From contig CT868252.1 of assembly GCA_000165425.1 (NCBI GenBank), positions 1-64,000 on the forward strand: a DNA stretch of 64,000 nucleotides, written 5' to 3'. The DNA comes from Paramecium tetraurelia (lineage: Eukaryota). Each line of letters opens with the position of its first letter. Position 1 is the stretch's first letter. The notes beneath the pieces were generated by a model, which made no database searches, was not told where the DNA came from, and was given only the letters and a program-made list of their open reading frames with translations. The translations under genes and the position numbers were made by a program. Positions 27,601-42,296 of the stretch are shown here, piece after piece.

Positions 27601-29087
27601 CCACACAAACTATTTCAATGGATAAACAATGTATTAATCAACTTAATAATCTCAAGGGCTTTCTAAGTATTTCTGATATTCTTAAGCCTTACTTTTCAAA
27701 TTCTTATTATTAAAATCAAAAATAAACAAACACTATAAATCAGAACATTGTATCTTCTTTGGTTTATGCTAATGGCTATTTAAATAACTACGAATTAATA
27801 GATGCACTTACTAGATATTAGGCTACTCACAAAATCTATAAGAAATAAAGGATTGACGAGTGTTTTGGAATTGTATTAGAAAAACTTGGTTTAATTAATA
27901 TTTACCAAAAAAAATACGATTAAGGAATTCAATTTATGAAATTAGCCTTGGAAATTCATGAAAGGTATTTATTGTTCCCAATGAAGTAATGTAATATTAT
28001 CAAAATAAACCTTTACATTTTATTAGATATGGCCTAAAAGAATTAATAGAAAAAAATTCTTGATTAATTTGATGTAATAGAGAAATTCATTGAGCAAATT
28101 TATGAAGATATCCATTGGAATTTGACTCCTGAAGTAGCTTCTCGAATCAACAAATTTAAAGTGATGTCAGCTAAAATTGGTTCTAAGGCTTTGCATTAGA
28201 TTTTAGAACTTATTCATAATATAGATCTGTATTATAATGTAAAGAAACTGTTGTATGAAAACTTCGCAGATCCTCAATAACTCTAAGAATAAGCTTAATT
28301 ATATTTATCAAAAAAATTAATATAGATGAGCAACAAAAAAAGACAACACTGGCTAGAAAAAAGAACGAGATGTTAGATTGGTTAATTGGCAAAAGTTCAT
28401 ATTATCTAACGAAAAAGAGTTACCAGTATGTTTTCTTGTAATGAGGCGAAGAAGGTTGATGAGTAGACAAAAAGTAGAATAACACAAAACTCTACACTTG
28501 TTGACTAAACAAATGAGAAAATACAAAAAAATTAATTATCTTCAGTTGATGAATCCAAAGAAACTGCATTGCCAAATAATAAAATTTTGATAGATTTAAG
28601 GTCTGCTGAAGAAATTTTGGAAGAGCAGAGATAACGTTAACTAGAATTACTGCAACAGCGAAAACTGCGTTTAATTAGAAATTTGAGCCAATCCAATGAG
28701 TTCAATTTTTAAAATCAGTAAAGCTAAAATGGTTCTTTCATTATTTAAAGATAAAGCCAAATGATGTAATTTAATCAGATGAAGTAAATTTTGTAAAATT
28801 AGTAATAATAAGTTGAATATTAAAAATCTAATCCAATCAAAGATAATCAACAGCAATCAATATCTACTTCAAAAATTTTATAGCCAATTAAAGCAGGAGG
28901 AAGACAAAAGAAGTCATTGTCATAACCTGGGGTTGATCAAGATTAATTGAAGAATTCATATATAAAATTGGCTGATGAAGGTTTGACTAATAAGAGAAGG
29001 AGAACTATCAGTTAACAAAGTTTGGCATCAATTTCATAAGTAAAACGAAAAATTAATCCTTTTGAAAAATCGGTTAAAAAAAAATGA
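24668..29087 (+). CDS. N-acylated pseudokinase-TPR protein, paralog B (~1464 aa, one 25-nt intron 26107-26131)
   Basis: MGICFG start; IGIFYESLDYNL...YRINFTLSTIF...FKIQSFCR...KDFAALCDLIL; TPR-like region; ends RKINPFEKSVKKK*. Confidence 0.85.
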
Positions 29088-29257
29088 TTATTTATTTTAT
29101 TATTTAAATTTTCAATAATGTCTCGTATCTTCCCAAACAACAATACTTTATTCAACTGTATGAATTCTCTCAAGTTTTACAACATAAAATATTAAATACT
29201 CAAAACTTATTACATAAATCATTATTAATCTTCAATAAGAATTGTATATATAAAATA

Positions 29258-32200
29258 ATGGGTGTATGCTGTTCTAAATAAAGAGATAGAGAAGATGGAA
29301 TAAGATAATAAATCGCATAGACGGTAGTGGAATAATAAAAAATAAAAGAAGAAGAAGAATAAGAACAGATTTAATTTTAGTGTTATTCATCAAGCAGAAA
29401 GTCATAAACTTTTCAAATTAACCCAACTAATCCAAATGAAATCTGCAATTTAGTGACTCAAGTTGGAAACGAGGATGTAGCAGTCGATGTTGACTAACCA
29501 AAATTGGATAAAATCAAAAGGAAAAAATCAGAGCATCATAAAGACGATGCAAACTACTTAAGAAAATTAGATCACATTTTATCAATTAAATCAATTGTGG
29601 TCGAAGTGCAAAAGGAAGGAGATATGAAATATTACAAAATTTCCACACTTATTAACTATAAAGAACTTTGTTATAATGTTAATCTGTATGGTACCTTAAC
29701 AACACAATTAGATTTTAAATATTTCACTTTAAAGCCTAGGAGATTTGAGGAGGCTCATAAATATTCAAGGTTTCTCACTTTTTTTTCAAATGACAATTAC
29801 TTCAATGCAGATAAGGAATGCACAAATAATTTTAATGCATTTGATAAATTATTATATGTTGAGAGGAGCCAGCAAGAATTGAAGGCGAATATGAAAAGAT
29901 TACAAAAGAGGCAGAGCACGATTATACATGAAAAACTGGCTGAAACATGTTTGATAAATTCAACCAATCAAGAAATGTTAGAAATTATCTCAGTTGTTGA
30001 TATTGAATAATAATCCAGATTTTTGACAGTTCTGTTTCACTTGCTGGTTTAAAAATATTTTAAAAAATTAGAACTTTATTTAGTATTTATAACAAATGCC
30101 ACTTTCTTATTTGAAGTACCTCCCTAATTTGATTAACCAACTGTATACAGATTAGCTTTATTTTATGATAAGTTAGATTACTCTTTAAAAGATTTATAAA
30201 ATATGTGTCTGAAGAACCAAATGGAATTATCTAAGATTTTATATCAAAAATTGGCACTTAACCTTATCGATATCTTTTATTAATGTTATTCAAACTATTT
30301 ATATAGGTTGAATTTCACATTGTCAACAATATTTTATGTTTCTAAATTTAAGATGTTTAAGTTGTAAACTTTTGGAAGGCTTAAGTACTTGCTATAATTC
30401 GGAATGAATGTAGATGATGGTATCAAATTATTAGATGAAAAGAAAATGAGGTTATTTTAAAAAGCATTCAAAAAAGATCTTTTAGCCTTATGTGATCTAT
30501 TAGTATATTTTAAAAAGATTAATAATTTATCTTTGAAACAAATTCAAACTCAAAGGAAAAAGTTTGTCTAAAGTATTAAAAAAGGTGAAGAGCAGGATGA
30601 AGATACTAATTATTTAATTTACATTGATAAGATTTTGTCATCCACATCCGATCGATATATCTTAGAATTTATTCGTATGGCAATCTACGCAAATGAAATT
30701 AAATAAACAGACAAAACTTTACAAGATACTTTGCCAATAATTGAGTCTCTACAAAAATCTATCAATGAATATGAATCCAATCTAGAACTATAAGGCAAAG
30801 ATTCTCAATAATAAAATGAAATCTAACTTTATGACAATCCTCGCTTAGAATCCTAATAATAGAAAGAAATAGAATCAGAAGGCTCATTAGAATTTAAGGA
30901 TGACCAAAAATTGTTAACGACCTTTTAATTTGATTTTAATTCTGAAAATGAGGAATTCTCTCTCAATAAAGATAAATTCAATGAGGCATAATTAGTTTAT
31001 AAAGAACTACTTTATTAATCATTATTATTTTAGGATTAATTTTATTCATGTTATCAAAAATTTTAGGTGTGTGGGAAATCGAAATTAGAGGAAGCATATG
31101 TTGAAGTATTATATGCATTTTATACATTAAAATCTATGAATGATGAGTCTTGGTAATATAAATTAAAAGTTCTATCAAAATTGATGAATAAACCAATCGA
31201 AATTATGAATTAAATTTATGAAACCAGCATTGATCATTTCCATATTACTATCATCTTTCAGATACTCACATTATCTCAGAGAAAACCACTGCCCTTATTG
31301 AATGAATTTCAACGAAGTATCAATAAATAATTAGCAATGAAAATGCAAATGGATAAAAGATTAAGAAGTCACAATTCCTCAAGAGGCATAATTGAATAGA
31401 AAAAACATATAATGGTTTAACTAATGTATGCCCAATCCTATTTAGCCAGTCATAACTATTATTAAGCAGTACACAAAATACAAAAAGTGATTGGATTTTA
31501 ATTAAAAAATTAGCATTTGGCTTCGTTATTTTATGGATATTCTCTATTAGTTAGTGGAGAGATACAAAAAGAAAGTCTATAAGCAGTATCAGCAATGCTC
31601 AATTTAGAAATGAGTCAGGTGATATATGATGGTTATTTCCCAGAATTCATAACATTAGAAGAAACCCAAGATCAAGCAGAAAATGGAGTAAAAGAGAAAA
31701 CTACTTAAAAATATGAATACCTAAAAGTCTAAAATTTAGCAACCAGCAATAAGGCTAAATTGGAATTGTTATTAGGAATGAGTTACTTTGATGTGCATGA
31801 TTAAGAGAACTCATTGAAATGTTTAAAAATGGCTGAAATATTGTTACTAAGATCATTTGACATGTATGCAGATGAAGTTGTAACTGTTGTATTAAAACAG
31901 TTGTAACTATTTGTATTATAAGATGACATAGGATCAGCCTTCAAAATAACACTTTCTTATGCAGAAAAAATGAACTAATATTATATAGAAGGAAAAACAT
32001 TTAAAAGAAAAATCATTTCTAAGTTGTAGTTTATAATGGCATGCATTTTTGAATTTAATGGATTATTTTTAAGTGCTCTTCGATATATCGAGAGATCTAA
32101 TCGTACTTATACTAATTCTAAATGCAACAACTTTATCATTTAAATGCATTTTTAGGCTAAGAAATTGAGTTTAATATCAAAAATCAAAGCGGCATTCTAA

Positions 32201-33370
32201 AAAATCAAAAATAAACAGTAATTAAGAGATCCCACTGATTTAGCCTTATTTTCAACTCTAAATGAACATATGGCCCCTACTTTCCTTTCACAATTTTATA
32301 GGCAAAGATTTGTCTAAAAGTCCTCTTTACTTCTTGAAAAATATGGGTTATATTTGATTAAGGTTTAATAATTGCAGAGACTCAAAATGAATCAAAAAGC
32401 ACTCAAAATATTGAAAAAGATTGTTAAGATTTTAAATAAAACTAAAAAGGATGAGTTATACGCTATCTTGTCTGGTTATGTAACTTATCTGAATCTTGAA
32501 AATTCTAAAAAACCACAATAGATTAAATATTTACTTGAATAAATAGAAATTAATGAAAGATATTTTCTCTTCCCATTTAAAGAATTTCACTTATTAAAAT
32601 GTTTAATTTATCTCATTATTCTCTATACAAAAATGAATTAAGCAAAATCAATTCAAGAAACCAATGTGAAAATTCAAATGATAATTGATGAATTTCTTGA
32701 AAGTCTCTAATGGAAATCCATTTCAACTAAATCTCTTAAAAATGCCCCTAATAAATTTGAGATATTCCTCAAAAAAGGTAGGATTTCTTTATTGTATCAA
32801 ATCTCTGCTGTTGTTGAAATAATTGAATATTATCACACTTTAAAGAAGTAAATATTTGATGCTATGTTCAATGGAATGCAATTGGTGCAACTCTATAAAA
32901 AAATCAGAGTTGATTTTGAACAGTTTATGATTGATATCAATAGTCAAATATTATTTTAGAAGTAAAATTGTATGTTTGGATATTACTCCTAAATAAAGTA
33001 TCAAAATTATGAACCATCAGTAGAGCACAAAAATGATAATAAAGTTTAAGAAACTGTAGTTCTTTAGTCATAGCAAGAAAAAGATACAGATACAAATTTA
33101 TAGAAAACTGACACATCTAAAATTGTTTTTGACATTAGAAGTTATTAAGAGATATTGATCTCTAACAAATAGACACGTTTGTCAAAATAACAACTATTGA
33201 GCAAAACAGAACCTAAAAATAAGGATATTAGTTTTGAAAACATCTCAGGAAAACATGAGAAACAAAAATCAACAAATTATACTGATTAATTGAGAGTGAA
33301 GAGTATTAAAAAGTCTACTAAATTAAATCCATTTGAAAGCACGATGAAAAAAACTCAAAAATATCTTTGA
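29258..33370 (+). CDS. N-acylated pseudokinase-TPR protein, paralog C (1370 aa, apparently intronless)
   Basis: MGVCCS start; LALFYDKLDYSL...YRLNFTLSTIF...FKLQTFGR...KDLLALCDLLV; TPR-like region; ends TKLNPFESTMKKTQKYL*; 4113 nt is a multiple of 3. Confidence 0.85.
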
Positions 33371-34130
33371 TGAATTATTAATAGAAAATTATAAAATAAT
33401 TATCCTCATTTATTATTTAATCCTTTATTTCTTTAATGTAAATGATGTTGAGTTAAAATTTGAACTTTTTTTAAGTGTATAAAATTTTTTGTAATTTATT
33501 AATTTTTACATCCTCCAAAAAGTCCTAAGGAAGATATTTGCATAACTTTCAAGTAAAACTAGATATAGATCGTTGTTGTCTGCTTATATATTTGCATAGT
33601 CAATAAAACTATAAACAACACATTAAGCATTATAGTTTTCTTACATAAATAAAAAAATAATTAGAATTTAATTCAATAAATTATTGAACCAGTATTTTAA
33701 ATATACAACGTTACTAAAAGTTCATACCATAATTCAAATTGCCTTAAAAATTCTTTAACGCTTAGAAGATTCAATAATGTTATTTCTATTAGGTGTATAT
33801 TTTGTAGTTAAATGATATTAATAGAATACTGTTACTCTATTCCTTTTCTATTAAATTAATAAACTATTATATATAAATTCTAGAATCTTAATGTAGGTTC
33901 ATGATTTTTATACTTATTGTTAATTCATTATTCTCTTAATTATAAGTTCATGAAGGGTATTTTGTTATTAGAATCATTCAATAATGAAACTCAACTTCTC
34001 TTGGAATGGCCTCTTAAGGGCTTTAATAATTGATATTTGATATGATTATGATACAGTTTTATAATCTTAAATGCTGTAAAATTATTGAAACATATTTCTG
34101 AATTTATGATATTCATTAATAATAATATAA

Positions 34131-36373
34131 ATGGACCAATTCTCACTTGAGACTAAAATACGAGAGGTTGTTTATGAATTATCTTAACCGACTATGATGA
34201 GATGTAATATCCCTTATATTTATATAGTATCTGATTGCATAAGATAAATAGATCAATAGTAACTGAGTATTGATTATTTGAAATAGTAAATTAGATAATA
34301 GAATGAAAACCAGCAAAATCACTAGATTGAAACTAATAGGAGATATTCTGAAATTGATGCTCTTTAGAAATAGTAAAAAAAGCTAGAGTAAGAAATCATG
34401 AAGAATCTAACTGAAGCTCAATAATCGTCAGCTAATTTTAAATCAAGAGTTGAAAAAATGGAAATGGAATTGGAACAATAAAAGAGTAATTATTAAGTTA
34501 CTATGAATTCATAATATAAAACTTAATCTGATTTGGATTAGCTGGCAAAGAAGCAAGCCGAATATAGTGTAGCCTTTAATAATAAAATTGAAGATTTTAT
34601 GAAAGATTACTATACTTATTTTGTAGAAAATAGAAATTAAGTGCATGATATCTCGAAGGAATAGCAATAGACTTCAAAGTATGTTCAAAGTTAATATAAA
34701 CAATTGGAGCAACTAGAAATATATAAAAATCTATCAGAATAATCCTAATCAAGCTTGGCTGATAGGGTTGAATGGATAATAAAAGAGATGAATCATCTGG
34801 TGAATCAGGAATATTTTAAATTTACTTTCGATAAAGTATAATATTGGATGTATATATAGAGGAAGAAAAGTCAAGAATGGAGGATAATCAATTTCTGAAG
34901 GGAGCAGTATAATTACTGCAGAGTTAAGTGCAGGTCTACAACATTTCCTTTGATGAAAGAGTGAAAGGGTTAGAGATGTTTGAAATTCAATATCGTCAAT
35001 AGTTGAACTCTTTTTAATAATAAATGAATAGCTAAACTGAGAACTATTAGAAATTCTTCAAGGAAACTAGTTAGCAATTGCAAAGTTAGAATACTGCATT
35101 AAATGTGATATAGGACTTTTAGAAGAACTCTGAAGAGAAAATATCACTTATAGTGAATAACTAGATCGGTGTATTTCAAACCAACCTTAATAACTAAATG
35201 AAGAAATTGACAGATCAATTTAATGGTTTGAAGGTCACAATAGCAAAAGAAATGACATAGGAATTCAACTATAAATTAGAAGACATACGTTAGCAATTAT
35301 TGAATGAATCCTTAAAGTAATTGAACATAAGATTAGCAACTTTTGAATTATAAATTTAGGAGTTGAAAAATAAGTAATATCAAAAGGATGCTGAGGTTTA
35401 GGTTATTTTATCTGATAATTCATTAAGCCAACAGGAACAGCTATAGAATTTTATAATTGAATAAATAGATATGAAAATGACAAGTAGTTCTTCGTTTAAA
35501 GGGTAGAAAGTAGTTAGGAGGAATAGTATTTGTTTAAATGCTAAGGGGGGATTTAATTTAATACAGGCTGGTCACGCTGATATTTAGAAATCTTTGGTGC
35601 TAAGTGAACAATTGAGTGAACAATTAGAAGACATGAAGACTGATATTCAGATGTTGTTTGAGATGAGAGAGGAGATGGAATAAAAGTTTAAGGTGTTTGA
35701 AGCTGACTTCTCAGTAGCTATCTAGAATTTTGATAGAAATCATTCTCATGTGTTGAAATTGAAATCAGATATATTCAATGATACCGAATATTTGAACAGT
35801 TAAATTAAAATATTATTTAGAGAGAAGGATATAATTAATCGGAAATTTTCATTGCTTTTATAATTATTTTCTGGAGGATCTGAGGTAGCATAAATTACTG
35901 TTGCCTATTTACTTAAATAATTGAAGGATCCAATTAAATTTACATCTGATTTAGGAATGGTCTTTGAATTCAGAAACGAGATATGCAGTTACAGACAATC
36001 AAATTATACTATAGAGGATCTTTTGAAAAAGTCGTTTCAGAGTTTCATTGATAGTTGGGATAAAAGTGAGTTGCTAGAAGTAAGAGAGTTCAATCCACAT
36101 TGGTATTTCAATAAATACATTTATAAAAATCATGCAAGTCTATCTAAGACTTTAGACAGATCATTCGAAAAAACAATTAAATGCACAACTCAGACAGTAG
36201 TAGATGGTGAAGAGTTTGTGAGGAGATCTGGGAGATAGCGAAACACTTCTTAAAAATAGTCAATAATGATGAGTATGGATTCAACGAGATAGAAAAAAGT
36301 AACTGTCAGATCTATGTACAAATAATAAGAGCGAGATGATTCGAATGAGTGCTTTCCAAAGGTGAAAAAGTGA
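34131..36373 (+). CDS. Long coiled-coil hypothetical protein
   Basis: MDQFSLETKIREVVYELSQPTMMR, 24-nt intron at ~34204-34227, Q/E/K heptad-rich ORF ending FPKVKK TGA. Confidence 0.75.
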
Positions 36374-36425
36374 ACAAATTTATATCGATTATGATACATT
36401 ATATTAATAATGGATTAATAAAATT

Positions 36426-38383
36426 ATGGATTAAGAAAGAAGACGAAGGTGGATCTAATCCCAATAGTAGAGGCTAGATGATATCAGATCAAGGAGACTT
36501 ACTCCAACTCACCATCTCAAAATCGATAATATAAGATTGAGCAAAACTGAAAAGATTATCCAAATGAAATAGTCAACAATAATTCGACAGTAGTAATCCA
36601 TGGCTATTGATGAATGTATTTCTAAGGGAGATTGCAAACTCATCTTTTTACAATAATAAAAAGAAGACATTGGATTTAAGACATTTTCAGAAATGATGAG
36701 AACCAATTCCAGTTGGTGGGGTAAAGCAGATTAACTCAATCCTAATGAATCTACACTCAAAAACAGATTACAATTCAATCAATTCTAAGCTAATCAATTC
36801 ACTAATTAATTAACTAGAAAATGGACAAGCACTGTAAATGAAGTTACAGAGTTGATAAATAAACAATAAGAATTGTAGCAGCTCTAAAAAGTTAAGAAAA
36901 TTAAACTAAAGCCAAAACCTATTCCTTAAGTAGAGGAGGATGAATAACATAATGATGATACTACTAAGTAATTTGATCCTTCTTCAACTTCCATCAAAGT
37001 ATTTTGGTTCAATATCTAAATCAATGAGTGGAAACCACCTGTTAGAGAAGGATGCACTGTCACTTATGTTCCATCTCTAAACAAGGCCTTTATGTATGGA
37101 GGTATTGGCAATGATTTATTTAAAAATGTCATTGCTTTGAATACACAGACATGGGTATGGAGAGATATTGGAGTTGGAAAAGGAGAAGCACCACCTGAAG
37201 GTAGGTTTGGACACACAGCCACTTTATATAAATAAAGCATAATAATATATGGAGGAGAAAAAAAGTTTAATAACCTTATGAAGAGAAGAGAATGTTATAG
37301 TGATGTTAGAATGTTCAATCCGGCAGAGAAAACGTGGACTCAATTAAAAACCAATGGTGATATTATAGAAGGAAGAAGAAATCATATTGCTTAATGTGTT
37401 GGAAAATACTTTATCATTTTTGGAGGACTCAACCCTTATGGTTTAGTGTTAAATGATGCTTGTGCTCTTAATTTAGAAAATAATAAATGGTATTGAATTT
37501 AACTATAATCTAGGACCGTATTGCATATAGAAAACCAATTTCTCGAAGGTGTGTCTGATGCTGCTTCTGCTGCTCTGTTCAATGGAGAAGTTAAAATGGA
37601 AAATCCTTACTTTAGCTATGAATGCAATAAGAAGAAAGGGAAGTGCCCTACTGTTAATTAGGAGGGCATCTACGTATTTGGAGGGAAAACTCAAAATGGG
37701 GAAGCCACAAATGATTTGAGAGTCATTTAATTTGGATTCAAACCCATTAAGATCGTTAAATTAAAAACCAAAGTACTTGTTTGCCTTCATTTTAGGGGTA
37801 AGTTCCAATTGCTCGCTATTCTCATAGTCTTAATTACTTTTATCATCTAAATGCTCTCATTCTTTATGGGGGTCGAAATGATTCGAAAGAAGAGAATATC
37901 CTCAATGATTTATATGTGTTGTAATTGATGTAGATGAACTGGGTGCTCGTTTAATAAATTGGAGGCCTTAAATATGGGAAATTCAATCACTGCAGTGTTT
38001 TAATCGATTCTAAAATCATGATTTTTGGAGGCTACACCAAGAATGTATATGCCAATGCTGACATTCAATTAATCGAATTAGATTAATATAAAGTTTCTAA
38101 AATGATTAAAGAAAATAAAAACAATAACCAATTGTCTATAAATAGTTCAGATTTATTGACGAATACAAATTTGAAAGTTTTTAAGACTGAATTCTATCAA
38201 GAGAAAGCTGATTAAGAAAAAAACGAAACGAATAAACAATATGATACAATGAGATCTAGCTAAGTGAGCTTAAAGAGTTTCATGCCTCTACCCAGTAAAA
38301 GTAGTTCTTAATTAATGCAAGATTATAAATTATTGAGGTTGAGATCTAAATTTTCTTCACCGAATATCTTCTAAAGTATATGA
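36426..38383 (+). CDS. Kelch-repeat beta-propeller protein
   Basis: Repeats such as PPVREGCTVT..AFMYGG, PPEGRFGHTA..IIIYGG, EGRRNHIA..IIFGG, IYVFGG, ARYSHS..LILYGGRN, KFNHCS..IMIFGG. Confidence 0.9.
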
Positions 38384-38451
38384 TACACAAATATTTAATA
38401 AATAACATTTATCCTATACTATACTTCAAATTATTTAATGTAATATAATTA

Positions 38452-41098
38452 TCATTTTCTTTTTGTTGTTGCATTTGGAGGTTTTTTGTTTTTAGTAACA
38501 TTTTTTTTCTTTTACTTATTTACCTAATCTACACTTTCCTTATCGACAACGATACCAAAACTTCCAATTTTCGAATCCTAAATAATTTAAATTGATTATT
38601 ACCATTAATTTTTCATTGTTTTTACATTGTTAATTTAATTTTTCGATTATAACACTTGCTAATCTCTTAGTCTGATTTGAAATGTCATCATTTACAAAAA
38701 TCAAGAATGATTAATCTTAGTTATCAATGATGGCTTTAATCTCTCCATAATAAATCATCTATAATATTACTAATAAGAAATACCTTATAAATGATTGTTT
38801 TAGTGACTTATTCTGACAACTAAAATCTTTCTCTAAGGTGATCAACTGAAATATTAGAAAAGGCATTCTTAAAAGTGTATAAATAGCACTTCAAAGCTTG
38901 CTCCTAGACCCTTACTTTAATTTGTTATTAGACTTATTCATACGAAGGTATTCTTGTCCAAAGTTGGATTTATTTCAAGAGATCCCAACATTTAGTCCAA
39001 TTTCCTTTGGCCAATTCTTTGGAGGCAGCATAAATCAAGTCTCTCATATTTTCAGGTTATGGATTGAAAGTTTATGAATCGTAATATTAACAAAGTTATC
39101 TAAATTTACGACTTATGATTTTGTGTGAATCTTCAAAGAGATCTTAATTAATGTTTGGAACTTCAAGTAACATAGCAGCCAAAAAATAAACAAACTCAAT
39201 AGTCTCAACATTAATTGACATATGATATGGAACTGTGTATCTATACTCTCCTTCCACTTATTTCATATAATTCTGGGAGAGCAAATCCTTGAGAACCTTG
39301 TCTCTGCTCAACAAATCAGCCAAGTGTATATGAGTCTCATTGATCAAACCTTATCTAAATGCTCCGAATCCCAATTAGACCAGAGCTCTATTATAATATA
39401 ATTGGATCAATGTCTTCATTTATGATACTTATTCGTATGAGATATTTGATATGAATATTTCATGAGCTTACTCATATTTTCCATTCAATGCTAAATTGTA
39501 GACCCAATACAGTGTTGCTTTGACAATAGTTTCCTTATCTCCATATTTGAGGATATTCTCGACGAGAGATTAGATCTTGGATGAAATGTCTCCATTTCCA
39601 AAGATTTATAGTGGTGTTGCAGCCTACTTATTAGTTTATAATTCCAACAACTTTTGGATCACAGCAGGTCCAATGTAGTAGATGGCTTCTAATTGTTTGA
39701 AACTCATCAAAGCAACATTGGCAGTGTCGTTCTTGATTTTGAGTAATTCCAAGAGTTTTTGGGAGAGATGTGTCAATTGATATAGATCACTGAGTCTTTC
39801 AGCATATTCCTAGGTGTAATAGTCAATGTTTTAAAAGGCTTTATTTAATTCAACTTCAAGTGTTTAGAAATTGACTAAAAGAGTACTAATGAATCTGAAT
39901 TCAGAGAAGGAGTTCTCCTAGTCATATTTGCTGTAAGTGTGTAGCTTTTCAACTTTGACTCCCTTGTCTTGATGAAGTGAGAATAAGATGAATGTATTTT
40001 AATAGATTTACAACCATGATTATCTATTGAAATATAAGGGTGCTTCTGATTTTGCTTGATCAATCTATAAAGAAATTGTGATGAGCAATATCTAAGAATA
40101 TTAAATGAAGACTTACTTCAACAGCTCTTTGGAGATTCTCTTTGATGAAATGTTGGATATACTTTTCGCAAACGTAAAGATTCTCCACTTGATTCTTTTG
40201 GACTCCTCTGGATGAGACAATTTGCTCCAACTTCTTCTTCACTGAATCGGCATCATAATCAATATGAATTTCTTTATTTTAGGCAATATCAAATTTGACA
40301 TCGTAATCGATAATGTCTGCAATGACCTTCTTGTTGACTTTCTCTTGTTAAATCTCCTCATTCTTTTGGTCCTTCTTATCTGGTAATTTCTTTTTTAACC
40401 AATATCTTCTTCTGACCATTGGATCATTTGATTAAAGCAAATATTTATCATCATCTTCTGAATCTGAAGATTCTTCTTTCTACTGTGCTTCTGGCTCAGA
40501 ATCGGATCCAGCTGCTTTTTTCTCTGCCCTGACTTTCTTCTTCCTCTCATCATCACTCTGATCAGTTGTAACAGGATTGTTGATAAATTCGTCTATTTTA
40601 TCTTTGATTGCTAAATGATGCATAGGATGAATGAATACTCAAGTTATACTTCTTGATTCTTTGTTTTAATGTGTTGTATGCTTTGCTATTATTGACTCCC
40701 AATTTCTTTTTTTATTCAGCTGTAAATTAGAGAACCAACACTTCGATTTAGCACATTATTCTGATATAAAATCTGGGTAATCCACCCTCTTTTTCAAATA
40801 CTTTGGTGCTCTTTTCAACTTCTTTGTTTAATTCTTCAAATTTATCCAATAATGTAACGAAATCTTAATTTTTAATTTTAATCTTAATATCTTTAATGAT
40901 TTCTCTCAATCTCGCATATCTCTTTTCCTTTTCTGTGACAATCACTCTCTGCCCCTAATCATCATCTGAATCTATTAGTCCTTAAATGATTCTGGTTCTT
41001 GTTGCTAATGATTATATTCCTGCATCTACTTCAGGTCCTCCTTTTGGAGCCTCATCTTCCCCTTCAGAATTGGATTCCTCCTAAAAGAATTTACTCAT
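38452..41098 (-). CDS. EIF3C: Eukaryotic translation initiation factor 3 subunit C
   Basis: MSKFFQEESNSEGEDE start; IVSSRG, IIHPMH, ILYNRALVQLGFGAFRQG, VPYHMSINVE, PPKNWPKEIG and a PCI-like C-terminus. Confidence 0.93.
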
Positions 41099-41210
41099 AT
41101 AATTTCTTTTTAAATAAATGATTTATTTATTTCCATATGATAAAATTCATTAATAAGTATTAAAAATCTCTCTCTATATTTTTATTAAGCATTTAAATAT
41201 AAATATATCG

Positions 41211-42121
41211 TCAATTGCTGCGAAACTTGGGAGACTCAGCTATCTTATTGCTCCCATAAAAACAATTCTCTTTCTCTTCCGAATCGAAGTTCGCTTTTCT
41301 TGAATCAACTTACAGCTTCAACATCAATTGTTAACACCATTAATTAAATTGAATCACAAATTATCTCTTCGCAATCATTTATTAAACACAACTCTGATGC
41401 TCATCCAATCTCTTTTTGTAAATCGTCATGATATTTTAAAACGGTTTCATCTGCATCGATTCAATGATGTTAATTTCATTATGAACTATATCATCCTTCA
41501 TCTTATACAATGAATCAGAGATAGATTAGGTGATTTAAGCATAACTCAATTATTCCTATTACAATTCCATGCATAAGGAATCCTAGGATCAAGATAAATG
41601 GTTACTTTCAATTGAATGATTGTCTATACGATAGAATGCAGCTATTATTCAATCAATTTCACTTAAGTTTAAAGTTGATCCAAATGCTGAATCTTCATTA
41701 TGTTTTATGAGAGTTGTTCTTTAAAGTTATTCAACGTCCTCTTTCTCTCTTCCATCTCTAAGAAACTATTGATTTCAGTTGGCAATTGGACTACCTTCTC
41801 ATTATTGATCCTGCTGGGACATTCTTTAGCAAATTTCTTATCAATGAAAGCGCATTCACTTAACTTCGGGGATTGAGAAGTCTTGCTCATTAAATTCGAC
41901 GCTGACAAACAATTTTGTAATTTAGGAGATATCTGAATATTGTTTTTGGTTCTATCTGATGTAGCCTTTGAATCTTGAATAATCTTTCCATTCATCTTAC
42001 TCAAAATCAAGGAGATTTAAGAGGCAGTGGCTTGAGTATATTCTTTGCATTTTGTCCCTTTCTAATCCTTAGATTGGTTTTTGGCTTTTATGTAGTATTG
42101 ATGAACTGACTTCAGCTACAT
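41211..42121 (-). CDS. Hypothetical protein (~295 aa, one probable 23-nt intron)
   Basis: Open under code 6 from MQLKSVHQYY to ...ESPKFRSN TGA; S/P/K-rich. Confidence 0.65.
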
Positions 42122-42296
42122 AAATTTAACTAACTTATTTTATTATTAAATTAATATAATAAGTATTATAAAAATGATTATTTTGCATTTATTACATTAA
42201 TATATGTTTTCTAAGTATAAGTTAAATATTCTTGCTCCAAAATAATTTATCGATTTGCAACTCCAATTAACTATTTTGCAAATAAAAATTTTGTAA

